NCBI GenBank assembly: GCA_964016885.1
Contig: OZ024743.1
Location: 208,010,001 to 208,074,000, forward strand
Length of the DNA stretch: 64,000 bases
Source: Eledone cirrhosa
Lineage: Eukaryota
Direction: 5' to 3'
Part shown: positions 28,574 through 42,975 of the stretch, piece by piece
How the letters are laid out: the number at the start of each line of letters is the position of its first letter
How positions within the stretch are numbered: position 1 is the first letter of the stretch
Translations under genes and position numbers: made by a program
The notes under the pieces: model-generated
The model's database searches: none
What the model was told of the DNA's origin: nothing
The model's input: the letters and a program-made list of their open reading frames with translations, nothing else

Positions 28574-31500
28574 CCACTCCATTTCAATTCCTTAGTCCAC
28601 CCATCCGACAATTCTCTATCATTTTCTTTTCCCCGAATCCAATCTTTGCCTCTCTCTACTCGTTACTCTGTCGTCTTTTCCAAAACAAATCTTGTATTTT
28701 TGTTAATGCTTGTTAAATTATGCCCAAAATACGAGGATCTTATTTAAACCTTACCTTCTCGCTAACAACTCAACATCCCTCCCGCCCCCACGCACCACCA
28801 TTATTATTACATGGATCAATCATAAGTCAGAGGCCTATACTATCGCTTACCTGGTTGCCTTTCGATATTATGGATGGACTACGGAATTCTGGAGAGTTGA
28901 AGAGAGAGAAATCTGGACCCTCAGCGACAATGCCAAAGATAAAGACAAATTCACCTCGTGGACGACAATGCGAGCACTCCTCCTCTTTGTTTCGCCCGCG
29001 GATGGCTAACATAACCCCATCTCCCCCCGCGCCTCACTGCCCCCACCCTCCAAACGCAATCCAAAACTTCAGAGTTGGTACCATGAATGTAGGCACCTTA
29101 AAGGGTCGCTCTAACGAGGTTGTAGAAATGCTTGAACGTAAGGAGGTCGATGTTTGTTGTATTCAAGAGACTAGGTGGAGGGGAGGGTCTGCTAGATTGA
29201 TTGTGGGTAAAAAACGATGCTATAAGCTTTTCTGGGTCGGAAATGACAATGGGCTGGGTGGGGTAGGAATCATGGTAGCAGAAAAGTGGGCAGATAAGAT
29301 AATTGACGTAAATAGAGTGAACGACAGAATAATTAAAATAAGACTTGTCCTCAATAGAACTACGGTGACAGTAATATCTGCGTACGCACCCCAATCCGGA
29401 CTGCCCGGCACTATAAAAGACAGATTCTATGAGACGCTGATGCTCACTACCTCCCAATAACCGACAGTGACTATATAATTATTGCAGGCGACCTAAATGG
29501 TCACGTTGGACAACATTGTGACGGCTACGACGGAATCCATGGAGGCTATGGGTTTGGTACTAGAAATGAGGAAGGCTCCAGAATCCTGGAATTCTGCGAC
29601 GCAAATAACCTAACCATCTGTAACACTAACTTCAAAAAACGAGACAATCACCTGATCACCTATAGATCGGGGGAACACACAAGCCAGGTAGATTATATCC
29701 TTATCAGAAAACGTGACAGAGTGTCTGTTGTGAACACTAAATCCCTCCCCCATGAAGAATGCACCTTCCAACATAGACTGATAATTAGCGACCTAATAGT
29801 CAGGATGAGACGTACTAGACAGCAGAAGAGGACTATCCTCAGGTGAAAAATTTTGAAGCTAAAGGACCCCACAGCCAGAAATAAATTTAAAAGCATACTA
29901 CTTGATGCTTTCGACAGTAAGGAAGAGCAATTAGAGTCGTACAATATAGAGGAACAGTGGGAATTCCTGAAAGCAAACCTGCTGATGGCGGCAGACGAAG
30001 TCTGTGGCTGGAGCAGGCCTGTAGGCAGGAGGAGAGTAACATGGTGGTGGAACAGTAAGGTGGAGGGGTCAATTAAGGCCAAAAAGCAGGCTTGGAAAGT
30101 ATGGCGGGATGGGGGAAGTAGAGAAGACTATCAAGTGGCCAGGAGGGAAGCTAGGAGACAAGTGTACTTCGCAAGAAGGGAAGCAGAGGAAAGAAAGTTT
30201 AAGCATGTTCTACAACGCGAGGACCAAAAACGTGAGGTGTTCAGGATTGCTAGGCAATGTGTCAAGGAAAAACCTGATATTGTCGGGGAGAAGTGTGTAC
30301 TTAATGATGATGGCGTACTTGCCATCACCGACGCTGATAAGAAGGTAGCTTGGAAGTGTCACTACGAAAGGCTTCTAAATGAGGATAACAAATGGGAGAA
30401 AGACAGTCTCCCCCACATCGACCCAATAGAGGGACCAGCAGTGTTAGTCGAGCGTAGTATAATAAGTAAGGCAATCAAAGATATGAAGACGGGTAAGGCG
30501 GCTGGGCCTTCGGAAATAGTTGCTGAGATGCTGAAGGCATCTGGCACGGTGGGACACACCATGGTCACCCGGATAGTAAACCAAGTCGTACAGAATGGGG
30601 TTGTTCCGAAGGACTGGTGTAGCAGCATCATCATTAACTGTTACAAGGGTAAAGGAGATGCCCTAGATAGGAGTAACTATTGAGGCATTAAATTAATCGA
30701 CCAGGTCATGAAGGTCACGGAAAAAGTAATAGCGCAACTAATCAGAGAGAGAATTGATCTAGATGAAATGCAGTTCGGGTTTGTGTCAGGCAAAAGTACC
30801 ACAGACGCTCTTTTCATTGTACGACAACTACAGGAGAAGTACCTAGCTGAAAGTAAACCCCTATACTTAGCTTTTGTTGACTTGGAGAAAGCCTTCGACA
30901 GAGTCCCCCGTTCCATTATCTGGTGGGCTCTTAGAAAACTAGGTGTTGACGAATGGCTTGTGAGAGCTATACAAGCCATGTATAAAGAAACAGTCAGCAA
31001 GGTTAGAATTAACAACGAATATAGTGAAGAGTTTAGCGTAAAAGTTGGTGTTCATCAGGGCTCTGTTCTTAGCCCCCTACTATTTATTATTGCCCTTCAG
31101 ACTATAACAGAGGAGTTCAAGACCGGCTGCCCATGGGAACTCCTATACGCAGATGATCTAACGCTCATAGCTGAATCAATGGGTGACCTAGAGAAGAAAT
31201 TCCAAACATGGAAGCACGGCCTAGAATCAAAAGGCGTTAAAATTAACCTGGCTAAGACTAAAGTTCTAGTTTGTAGGAAAGAAAATAAGGCGGCGGTCCC
31301 TTCCGGGAAATGGCCATGCTCAGTGTGTAGCAAAGGCGTGGGTAGAAACTCCATTTTGTGTCCCAAATGCAAAGTTTGGGTGCATAAAAGATGTAGTGGG
31401 ATCACAGGTAAGCTAACTAAGAACATAGATTTTACATGTGGCCGGTGTTCTGGGGCAATAAGTAGCAGCAAGTGGCCAAAAAATACTAGCTCTTTCAACT

Positions 31501-32470
31501 GCGCAGAGGGTTCTATAGAAATAGTGGACAGCTTCCATTACCTGGGTGACAAAATCAGCAGTGGGGGAGGGTGCTCTGAAAGTACAGTAGCTAGAGTCAG
31601 AACTGGGTGGAAAAAGTTCAGAGAGCTCATACCACTATTAGCCGCTAAAGGGTTCTCCCTAAAAATGAAAGGCAGGATGCCTGCATACGAACAGCAATGT
31701 TGCACGGCAGTGAGACCTGGGCATTGTGTGCAGAGGATATACGCAGACTAGAGAGAAACGAAGCTTGCATGCTCCGCTGGATTTGTAATAGTAATATACG
31801 TGAACGGCAAAGCATAAACGAACTAAGGAAAAAATTAGAAATAAGAGGGATCAGATGTTGTTTACTCGAGAGAAGGCTACGTTGGTATGGTCACGTGCTG
31901 CGCATGAAGGACAATAGCTGTATAACAAAGTGCAGGGCAATAAAGATAGACGGTAGCCACGGAATAGGCAGAACCAGAAAAACCTGGGATGAGCTGATAA
32001 ATTCCGACCTCACACACTTACACCTCACCAAGACAATGTCACTGGACCGAGACCTTTGGCGGTACTCAGTAATAGAGAAGAGCCGCCTTACCTAAATACA
32101 AAGTAAAACCTACTACAGTCAGTAGGCATCTCTAACAAAATACCCCCCCGTCCCACCACCCCCACCCCATCCACACCGCCCCTTTCAATGTAAAGTTATG
32201 TTGGTGCCACAACATCCAGGCCGAAACAAATGAGATCGTGTAGGTGTCACGTCAAAAAAACACACAGTTCACGCTGTAATGTGGCCATGTAGGCAACACG
32301 GTAAAAACCTCCCAGCCCCACACTGTAAATGTGGTTGGTGTTAGGAAGGGCATCCAGCTGTAGAAAACCCGCCAGATAGTCCTATGCGAGCAAGATAACC
32401 ACTCTTGCCTCAAGTGGGAAAACCCTCCGTCCAAACCCATGCAAGCATGGAACACGGACGTTAAACGATG
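28574..32470 (+). mobile_element. Near full-length RTE LINE (PHD-insert family), disrupted ORF about 28720/29002-32095
   Basis: GTMNVGTL, IQETRW, SAYAPQ, DLEKAFDRV, GVHQGSVLSP, YADD; frameshift near 29458, stops at 29844 and 30681, deletion near 31675. Confidence 0.92.
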
Positions 32471-32670
32471 NNNNNNNNNNNNNNNNNNNNNNNNNNNNNN
32501 NNNNNNNNNNNNNNNNNNNNNNNNNNNNNNNNNNNNNNNNNNNNNNNNNNNNNNNNNNNNNNNNNNNNNNNNNNNNNNNNNNNNNNNNNNNNNNNNNNNN
32601 NNNNNNNNNNNNNNNNNNNNNNNNNNNNNNNNNNNNNNNNNNNNNNNNNNNNNNNNNNNNNNNNNNNNNN
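32471..32670. other. Assembly gap (200 N)
   Basis: Run of N. Confidence 1.
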
Positions 32671-32711
32671 GACCTGAAATTTTGAATTGTTGTTATTATC
32701 AATAAATATAT

Positions 32712-32866
32712 TTCATTATTTCTGAAGACGGCATATATGTGTGTTTGGTATGTATATTTAATCTTGATAGTTTGTATAATTTTGTATAATTTTGTACATA
32801 GATCTGTTGAATATGCATGCCAATTCTAACACATATATATCCTAGAAACGATCGTTAAATAATGAA
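32712..32866 (+). ncRNA. Type I hammerhead ribozyme with very long (116-nt) stem II
   Basis: ttcattattt-CTGAAGA-[long hairpin]-GAAA-CGATCG-TT-aaataatgaa; 10-bp perfect stem I, palindromic stem III, GUU triplet. Confidence 0.8.
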
Positions 32867-33070
32867 CTTTTTTTGTTTAATATAAGGAACTGTTTCATTG
32901 TTTTATTCATTATTTGTTTAATATTTTAACTTGACTCTGTATTCCGTTTATCTTTCACCGAAAGTGATTTTTCATTACATCTCTTCTTTCCATGATATCC
33001 GGAATACATTGAGTTCTTCATACGGATTGGACACTACCGTAAACTCTTGGTAGATTTATCTACATATATG

Positions 33071-33165
<95 letters not shown>

Positions 33166-34283
33166 GTATGTATGTATGTATATATATATATTGGTTGGTT
33201 ACTGGTCTCGGGAATGTCACGACAGAAGTTTGTGGAAGTTACACAAATATTTTAGTATATTTTAGCAGAGCAATCCTTATTTATATTTTACATTTACTTA
33301 CATCTCAATATAACATGGCTAGAATTCAAATTTTGCTAAGAGAAGAAAACGGTCAAATGAACTAGATACATCTCACTGTCCACACCACCACAATAACGTC
33401 TACACTCTCTCCCCACCATCACATGTCATTACCATACCATACCCTATCGAGACTAAAGTCATCGACCTGTTGTCAAACTCTCTACTCTCTGATGAATGTA
33501 TATATATATATGTGTGTGTATGTATATGTGTGTATATACATCACTCAGTCAAACAACCAGATTTCAACCCCAACATCTACAACAACAACAACACCGGCCC
33601 TAATGTTTACAGCAACAACAGCTTCAGAATGAACTGAAATGAACATTTACAACAATTACAACAACAACAACAACAGCGGCATCAAAACATAAAAAAAGGA
33701 AGGGAAAAGAAAAAAGAAAAGGGAAGGGGAAAAAAAAAAAAAAAAGGAGAAAAAAAAGAAAGGAAAAAAAAAAAAAACTCAAAATAACAAAACACACACA
33801 CACACACACACACACACAACAGAACAACAACATCAACTGCCACCACCACCACCACCGCCACCGCCGTCGCCATCACCATCACCAGCGACCTGGCCTTAAG
33901 AACAACGTTAATAATAATTTTTCTGCTTTTGGCACGGATCCAGCGACTGGCCAGCGCATCACTGGTACTCTCTTTTGTTGACTCCGTGGAGAGCCATAAC
34001 TCTATGCTGTAAAGCAATTATAGTAATACTGGACTGTAATACGATCGGCTTCAACTATACAAACTCTTGAAAGTCAACAGTTGACATAATCTGGTAATCT
34101 TGTATCAGTAATGACGGTAATATATATATATATATGTGTGTGTGTGCGTGTAAGTGAGTAGAGTAGCGTGTGTGTGTGTTTGTTGTGTGTGTGAGTGTTG
34201 CTGTGTGCACGCATATGTATGCGTGTGTGTGTATGTCGTACGTATAAGTGTCAATAAGTAATTTTTTTTTTTTTTTTTTTTTT

Positions 34284-34586
34284 GCGCGGGGACATAGAAA
34301 TAATCGGGCTGGATGCCCGATCGCGCAGTTAAACCACTGGGAGTGAAGAACCCCTAGCCCATGTCAGGGTATTCTTCTAGGAGAAGGCATCTCAGGAAAC
34401 TGGGTTAACTCCGATATAAAACCTGCGGCTCAGTAGTTACCGATGATGTTGATCTTTTCTTCTTTTCGGGTTATAGCTACTGTCGCTCAGAGAGTGGGAT
34501 TGGTTCAGTGCACAGTCTTTCCTCACTTTAAAAATATTCGTCACGCACAGGCATTGCACGAGTGCATTAATAATTATTAATAGTGT

Positions 34587-34621
<35 letters not shown>

Positions 34622-37600
34622 TATTATTACTTTTTTTTTTTTTTTTTTTTTTTTTCCCAATTCAATGATGTTCCAGAACAATGTAAACGAGATAATTGCC
34701 AATTTGGGTTCTGGAACAAAAAAGATCATTGGCAATAAGGGCAGGGGCCCCAAGTTATCACAACCTGGGCCCGCCCGTCATCGTGCCATTGTAATAGAGC
34801 CAAACAGGGCATTTAGTCTTGGCTGCTGGAACGTACGGACGCTGCTTGACAGGGATTCTTTGGAGCGTCCTGAACGAAGGACCGCTCTTGTTGCGAAGGA
34901 GCTTCGACGTTACGATCTTGACATCGTGGCTTTGTCTGAGACGAGGTTAGCTGGAGATGGTCATCTTACGGAATTTTGTGGAGAATATACATTCTTCTGG
35001 AAAGGAAGAGATGAAGGAACCAGAAGAGAGGCTGGGGTAGGATTTGCTGTTAAGACTGTACTGGTGAATAAATTGGAAGAATTCCCAGTGGGGATTAGTG
35101 AGCGTCTTATGTCCATGAGAGTTCCGCTGGACAAGGGAAGATATGCTACCCTGGTGAGTGTGTATGCTCCAACTATGAATTCTGTCGATGAAGAAAAACT
35201 GTCCTTTTACCATGCCTTGAAAGGTGTTTTAAGAAATATCCCTCAGGCAGACAAAGTCATCGTGCTTGGTGACTTTAATGCTAGAGTGGGTAGGGATTTT
35301 AACACATGGAATGTAATCGGAAGGCATGGGGTGGGAAAGTGTAACAGCAATGGTATGCTCTTGCTGCAGATGTGTGAGGAGCTGGATCTGTGTGTTACCA
35401 ACACCATGTTCCAACAAAAGAACAAATTCAAGACCACATGGATGCATCCTGCATCTAAGGAATGGCATCTTTTGGACTACGTCCTAGTCAGGATGCGTGA
35501 CAGACAGGATGTGCGGTGTGTTCGTGTTCTTCGTGGAGCTGAGTGCTGGACGGACCACCGCCTGGTACGCGCAAAAGTGAATCTAATCACCAAACGTAAA
35601 ATCCGGGCTCCTGGTGTTACCCTGCCCAAAAGATTGAATGCTGCTCGTCTTAAGGATAAAAATGTGAAGAGGACATTGGAAGAAGAGATGCAGGCTGCAG
35701 ATCTTGGTGAGGATTGGCCGACCCTTAAAAAGTCGGTTTATGATGTAGGCAGACGTGTTCTGGGATTGGTGCAGAGAAAACATCAGGACTGGTTTAATGA
35801 GAAAGATGTGCATATAGATGACTTGTTGGCTGATAAGAGGCGCGCTCTGTCACGCTACTTGACGGCAAGACCACAGGAGAGGAATACGTTGCATGAGGAG
35901 CTCAGGGATGTAAAATCACGTGTTAGGCGGAGTCTTTCTCAGATGAAGGATCAGTGGTGGAGTGAGAAGGCTGGTGAGATACAAACTGCGTCTGATTGCA
36001 ATAACACAAAGCTGTTGTACAGTCTCTTGCGTGAGGTTTATGGACCGTCTTCTTCTCTGGTGACACCGATTCGCAGCAAGGATGGCAAAGAACTTCTTCG
36101 TGACTCACAGGGAATTCTACGAAGGTGGCGGGAGCACTTTGATGATCTTTTGAATCAGCCGTCTGTCGTCAGTGAAGATTTCCTCAATCTCATTCCGGAA
36201 AGTCCTGTGAAAGTAGCTCTCGCAGAGCCTCCGACACTTGTGGAGGTTGCAGTGGCTATTTCGAAGCTGAACAGTGGAAGATCTCCAGGTATGGATGGCA
36301 TACATGCTGAGCTCCTACAATATGGTGGTGAGAGACTCCTGCAACATCTTCACTCTCTGTTTGGAAGGATATGGGCTAATGAATCCGTGCCTGAGGACTG
36401 GAGAGATGCAGTAATGGTGGTCTTGTACAAGGGAAAGGGTAACAGGAATGATTGTGGGAACTACAGAGGTATATCATTGCTTTCTGTCGTGGGGAAAGTT
36501 TTATGTAGGGTGCTTCTGGACCGTCTGCTGACACACATTGCAGATTGTGTCCTTCCTGAAAGTCAATCTGGTTTTCGTGTTGGACGCGGCACTACTGATA
36601 TGATCTTCTCAGCTAGACAGCTCCAGGAGAAGTGCATTGAACAGGGCTTGGATCTGTATCAGGTTTTTGTCGATCTGACAAAGGCTTTCGATACTGTCAA
36701 CAGAGATGCATTATGGAAGGTTCTCCAGAAACTTGGTTGCCCTGATAAGTTCCTTGCTTTAGTTAGGTCTTTCCATGACGACATGAAGGCTTGGGTTAAT
36801 GTCGGAGGTAACATGTCGGAGCCTATCTCAGTAAAAAATGGAGTGAAACAGGGGGATATTCCAGCACCGACCCTGTTTGCCATATACTTTGCAATGGTTT
36901 TCTGTATTGCATTCAGGAATTGCGAGCATGGTGTTTACATCCGATATCGAACCTCAGGCAGCATATTTAACATCAGGCGCTTTGCTGCGAAGACAAAAGT
37001 ATTTACATCAGTCATAAGAGACCTCTTGTATGCAGATGATTGCGATCTTGTAGCGCACACAGAGAGTGATATGCAGCACATTTTGAATGTATTTTCTGAC
37101 GCTTGCACTGCCCTGGGTTTGACTGTCAGTCTCAAGAAAACCGTCGTCATGTACCAACCTGCACCTGGTAGGCAGTACACTGAACCAAACATCTATGTGT
37201 ATGGCAAACGACTTGGAGTGGTTGATCAGTTTGTCTACCTGGGAAGCACTGTCAATCGATACGGCAACCTTGACAGTGAAATCTCACTTAGGATTAGGAA
37301 AGCAAGTGATGCTTTCGGAAAGCTAGAAAGGCGACTCTGGGGTCGGCGAGACATATGCAGGAGGACAAAGGTAAAGGTGTACAGGGCATGTGTACTCTCT
37401 TGTCTTCTTTATGCCTGCGAGACCTGGGTCACATATCGACGCCACCTTAAGCAATTGGAGCGTTTCCATCAGATGTGTCTCAGACGGATACATGGCGTTC
37501 GCTGGAGGGACCACATCAGTGATGTCGAGATTTTGGAAAGCTCTATGTGTGACAGTATAGAAGCTCTTGTGCTTAAGCAGCGACTCCGTTGGAGTGGTCA

Positions 37601-38331
37601 CCTTGCCAGGATGAAGGATTCTAGAATACCAAAACAACTCTTCTATGGAGAGTTGGTTAAAGGAAAACGACCGCCACATAAACCAAAAAAGAGGTATAAG
37701 GATTCCTTGAAGGCCTCTCTGAAAGACGCTAACATCTCTGCTGATACATGGGAAAATATTGCTGCTGATCGTAATAAATGGAGAAAGACTGTATATGAGG
37801 GAAAAGTTGCCTTTGAGGCATCTCGAATCGCACACGAGAAAGTAAAGCGGGACGTGAGGAAGGGTATTGCTGTTGCACTTCCAGACGGCGAGGGTCCTCC
37901 TATGTTTCTGACATGCAGCGTCTGTGCGAGACTCTGCCTAAGCAAAGCTGGACTCGAAAGTCATCTTCGCAGTCATAAAGTAAGACCAGTGGTTGACTAC
38001 CAGGCTGCTGTTGGAGATGCTACTCATCATGCTTGCCAAACATGTGGTAGAGAATGTAAATCAGCAGGAGGACTCAAGCGACATGCAAAAGTACACGAAC
38101 TCCAACCACAGCCGACTATTCCCAGTAAATGTTTTGGTTGCCGACTCTGTGCAAGACATTTTGGATCATTGGCTGGGCTAAAAAGCCACATTCGATCGCA
38201 GCACTGTTAGTTGCTATCGTGTGTTTGTGTGTGTGTGTGTGTGTGTAGATATGCTTATGTGCGTGCGTGTGTGTGTATATATATATGAATATGTATATTA
38301 TTATTGTTGTTGTCGTTATTATTATTATTGC

Positions 38332-38407
<76 letters not shown>

Positions 38408-38468
38408 TTTTTTTTTTTTTTTTTTTTTTTTTTATTGTGCAATGGCCATACTCGATAACGAGGGGGCA

Positions 38469-38475
<7 letters not shown>
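34284..38475 (+). mobile_element. Intact RTE-clade LINE with C-terminal C2H2 fingers (5' boundary uncertain)
   Basis: Structured leader, uninterrupted ORF, microsatellite-rich 3' UTR and terminal stem-loop followed by (TA)n. Confidence 0.92.
34665..38210 (+). CDS. RTE polyprotein, 1181 aa: AP endonuclease, reverse transcriptase, three C2H2 zinc fingers
   Basis: [31 protein letters not shown]; YRGISLL, DLTKAFD, GVKQG, YADD, YLGS; CSVC..HLRSH, CQTC..HAKVH, CRLC..HIRSQH. Confidence 0.96.
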   Translation: MMFQNNVNEIIANLGSGTKKIIGNKGRGPKLSQPGPARHRAIVIEPNRAFSLGCWNVRTLLDRDSLERPERRTALVAKELRRYDLDIVALSETRLAGDGHLTEFCGEYTFFWKGRDEGTRREAGVGFAVKTVLVNKLEEFPVGISERLMSMRVPLDKGRYATLVSVYAPTMNSVDEEKLSFYHALKGVLRNIPQADKVIVLGDFNARVGRDFNTWNVIGRHGVGKCNSNGMLLLQMCEELDLCVTNTMFQQKNKFKTTWMHPASKEWHLLDYVLVRMRDRQDVRCVRVLRGAECWTDHRLVRAKVNLITKRKIRAPGVTLPKRLNAARLKDKNVKRTLEEEMQAADLGEDWPTLKKSVYDVGRRVLGLVQRKHQDWFNEKDVHIDDLLADKRRALSRYLTARPQERNTLHEELRDVKSRVRRSLSQMKDQWWSEKAGEIQTASDCNNTKLLYSLLREVYGPSSSLVTPIRSKDGKELLRDSQGILRRWREHFDDLLNQPSVVSEDFLNLIPESPVKVALAEPPTLVEVAVAISKLNSGRSPGMDGIHAELLQYGGERLLQHLHSLFGRIWANESVPEDWRDAVMVVLYKGKGNRNDCGNYRGISLLSVVGKVLCRVLLDRLLTHIADCVLPESQSGFRVGRGTTDMIFSARQLQEKCIEQGLDLYQVFVDLTKAFDTVNRDALWKVLQKLGCPDKFLALVRSFHDDMKAWVNVGGNMSEPISVKNGVKQGDIPAPTLFAIYFAMVFCIAFRNCEHGVYIRYRTSGSIFNIRRFAAKTKVFTSVIRDLLYADDCDLVAHTESDMQHILNVFSDACTALGLTVSLKKTVVMYQPAPGRQYTEPNIYVYGKRLGVVDQFVYLGSTVNRYGNLDSEISLRIRKASDAFGKLERRLWGRRDICRRTKVKVYRACVLSCLLYACETWVTYRRHLKQLERFHQMCLRRIHGVRWRDHISDVEILESSMCDSIEALVLKQRLRWSGHLARMKDSRIPKQLFYGELVKGKRPPHKPKKRYKDSLKASLKDANISADTWENIAADRNKWRKTVYEGKVAFEASRIAHEKVKRDVRKGIAVALPDGEGPPMFLTCSVCARLCLSKAGLESHLRSHKVRPVVDYQAAVGDATHHACQTCGRECKSAGGLKRHAKVHELQPQPTIPSKCFGCRLCARHFGSLAGLKSHIRSQHC

Positions 38476-38550
<75 letters not shown>

Positions 38551-38551
38551 G

Positions 38552-38587
<36 letters not shown>

Positions 38588-38615
38588 TATATACATATAT
38601 AAATATTTATATATG

Positions 38616-38651
<36 letters not shown>

Positions 38652-38664
38652 TATACATATATAA

Positions 38665-38741
<77 letters not shown>

Positions 38742-38745
38742 TATC

Positions 38746-38790
<45 letters not shown>

Positions 38791-38811
38791 TTATATATGT
38801 ATATATATATG

Positions 38812-38872
<61 letters not shown>

Positions 38873-38895
38873 GTATATATAAATATATATATATG

Positions 38896-38974
<79 letters not shown>

Positions 38975-38995
38975 TTATATATGTATATATATATG

Positions 38996-39029
<34 letters not shown>

Positions 39030-39054
39030 AATATATATATATATGTATATATAA

Positions 39055-39148
<94 letters not shown>

Positions 39149-39151
39149 GTG

Positions 39152-39204
<53 letters not shown>

Positions 39205-39373
39205 GTATATATATGTATATATATGTATATGTATATATATGTATATATATATATATATGTATATATGTATATATGTATATATATATATATATATGTATAT
39301 ATATGTATATATATGTATATGTATATATATGTATATATATATATATATGTATATATGTATATATGTATATATG

Positions 39374-39452
<79 letters not shown>

Positions 39453-39461
39453 GTATATATG

Positions 39462-39492
<31 letters not shown>

Positions 39493-39511
39493 GTATATGT
39501 ATATATATATG

Positions 39512-39568
<57 letters not shown>

Positions 39569-39623
39569 GTATATATGTATATATATATGTATATATGTAT
39601 ATATATATATATATGTATATATG

Positions 39624-39674
<51 letters not shown>

Positions 39675-39685
39675 GTATATATGTA

Positions 39686-39716
<31 letters not shown>

Positions 39717-39981
39717 ATATATATATGTATATATGTATATATATATATATGTATATATGTATATATGTATATATATATATATATGTATATATGTATATAT
39801 ATATATATGTATATATGTATATGTATATATGTATATATATGTATATGTATATATATATATGTATATATGTATATATATATATATATCTATATATATGTAT
39901 ATATATATATATGTATATATATGTCTATATATATATATATGTATATATATATGTATATATATATATATGTATATATATGTC

Positions 39982-40014
<33 letters not shown>

Positions 40015-40183
40015 GTATATATATGTATATATATATATGTATATATATGTATATATATATATATATATGTATATATATGTATATATATGTATATATATAT
40101 ATATATATGTATATATATGTATATATATGTATATATATGTATATATATGTATATATATATATGTATATATATGTATATATATG

Positions 40184-40236
<53 letters not shown>

Positions 40237-40247
40237 GTATATATATG

Positions 40248-40318
<71 letters not shown>

Positions 40319-40320
40319 GT

Positions 40321-40352
<32 letters not shown>

Positions 40353-40354
40353 GT

Positions 40355-40386
<32 letters not shown>

Positions 40387-40388
40387 GT

Positions 40389-40464
<76 letters not shown>

Positions 40465-40630
40465 GTATATATATGTATATATATGTATATATATATGTAT
40501 ATATATGTATATATATATGTATATATATGTATATATATATGTATATATATGTATATATATGTATATATATGTATATATATGTATATATATGTATATATAT
40601 GTATATATATGTATATATATGTATATATAC

Positions 40631-40718
<88 letters not shown>

Positions 40719-40733
40719 GTATATATATATATG

Positions 40734-40786
<53 letters not shown>

Positions 40787-40825
40787 GTATATATATATGT
40801 ATATATGTATATATATACATATATA
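38476..40825. repeat. (TA)n/TG-interrupted microsatellite
   Basis: Direct reading. Confidence 0.98.
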
Positions 40826-42633
40826 CAGAAAAAGGAGGCCTGGAAATGTCATTATGAGAGACTGATGAATGTGGAGAACGAATGGGAAAGAGAGAAATTA
40901 CCCTTGGTAGATCCGACAGAGGGACCAGCTATTGAGATTGACGAATATAGGGTCCAAGAGGCGATTAGGGAAATGAAAAATGGTTAGGCGGCCGGACCAT
41001 TGTGAATAGTTGCTGTGATGCTGAAGGCATCAGGGGACGTAGGCACTAACCTGGTTGCACGCATCATCAATCAGGCTATATATGGTCGTGTCATACCCAA
41101 AGACTGGTGCAGCAGTATTCTCATAAATTGCTACAAAGATAAAGGGGATGCTTTGGAGAGGAGCAATTATAGGGGTATAAAGCTGATAGATCAGGTTATG
41201 AAAGTGGCAGAAAGGATTTTAGCACAACTAATTAGAGAAAGGGTCAAACTAGATGAGATGCAGTTTGGTTTTGTGCCTGGGAAGAGTACAACAGATGCCC
41301 TCTTCTTGGTGAGACAAATGCAAGAGAGGTTCTTAGAGAAGAATAAGCCACTATACTTAGCCTTTGTTGACCTAGAGAAGGCCTTTGATAGGGTACTCCG
41401 ATCTGTCATCTGGTGGTCCCTAAGGAAGCTGGGTGTTGAGGAATGGCTTGTGAGGACAGTGCAAACTTTGTACAGAGGTACTCTCAGTAAAGTCAGGGTA
41501 GGAATGGAGTTTAGTGAGGAATTCCAGATACAAGTAGGAGTACATCAGGGTTCGGTCCTCAGCCCGCTCTTGTTCATTATAGTCCTCCAAGCCATAACAG
41601 AGGAGTTTAAGACTGGCTGTCCATGGGAACTTCTCTATGCTGACGATCTGGCTCTTATGGCAGAATCAGTAGAGGAGCTAGAGAATAAATTCCGGCTATG
41701 GAAACAGCAGTTGGAAGCAAGAGGACTGAGAGTAAATCTAGCTAAGACAAAAGTGTTGATGAGTAGAAAAGAGGACAAAACCCTGATTCCGTCAGGGAAA
41801 TGGCCATGTTCGATATGCAGAAAAGGAACTGGCATAAATTCTATAAAATGCACACAATGTAGGTCCTGGGTACACAAGAGATGTAGCGGGATAGCAGGCA
41901 AACTAACAGGTAGGGAGAAATATGTATGCAGTAGATGTACAGGGAAATTAGACAGTAGAAGTCGCACTGATAGACACATTTTTCAAATGCGAGAGGGCGC
42001 TATAGAAGTGGTGGATAGCTTCCGGTACCTAGGAGATCAGATTAGCATGGGAGGAGGGTGTTCCGAGGCCATAGTATCTAGAATAAGGACGGGTTGGAAG
42101 AAGTTTAGGGAGCTGCTTCCTCTGTTGACGAAGAAGGGTTTCTCCCTGCGTACGAAAGGCCGGTTGTATGATGCCTGTGTGAGGAGCGCGATGCTGCATG
42201 GTAGTGAGACATGGGCAGCTACCGCAGAAGATATGCGACGGCTGGAGAGAAATGAGGCAAGCATGCTCCGTTGGATGTGCAGTGTAAATGTGCGTGAACG
42301 ACCCAGCATAAATGTGTTGAGAGAGAAACTGTGTCTGAGAGGGATAGAATGTAGTGTACGGGAGAGGAGACTGAGGTGGTATGGACATGTGATGCGCATG
42401 GAGGATGACCGATGGGTGAAGAAGTGCCAGGAAATGCCAGTTGAAGGAAGACGTAGTAGAGGTAGACCACGAAAAACATGGGCGGAGGTGGTGAGAACAG
42501 ACCTCAGATCATTGAAGCTCACGGTGGAGATGACGAGGGACCGTGACGAGTGGAGAGATGCTGTGCTGAATAAGACCCGTCCCACCCTTGCAAGCAGGGA
42601 AAAGCCGACGTAAAATGATGATGATGATGATGA
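40826..42633 (+). mobile_element. 5'-truncated RTE, divergent PHD-insert subfamily; RT frame open 41015-42613
   Basis: DLEKAFDRV, GVHQGSVLSP, YADD, CSIC..CTQC..HKRC..CSRC; (GAT)n tail directly after the stop. Confidence 0.92.
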
Positions 42634-42672
42634 TGTATATATATATGTATATATATGTATGTATATGTATGT

Positions 42673-42741
<69 letters not shown>

Positions 42742-42863
42742 TATGTATGTATATATATATATGTATGTATATGTATGTATATGTATGTATATATATGTAT
42801 GTATGTATATATATGTATGTATGTATATATATATATGTATGTATGTATATATATATATGTATG

Positions 42864-42895
<32 letters not shown>

Positions 42896-42920
42896 TATGT
42901 ATGTATATATATATGTATGT

Positions 42921-42975
<55 letters not shown>

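Noticed and set aside
28945-29012. HDV-like ribozyme in the RTE-PHD leader (ttc-acctcgt-gga)
   Set aside because: P3/L3-like piece only; no matching P1, P1.1 or P2 found
33191-34283. Possible ORF1 or extended 5' UTR of the intact RTE
   Set aside because: Low-complexity sequence, no coherent ORF and no second copy in the window to define a boundary
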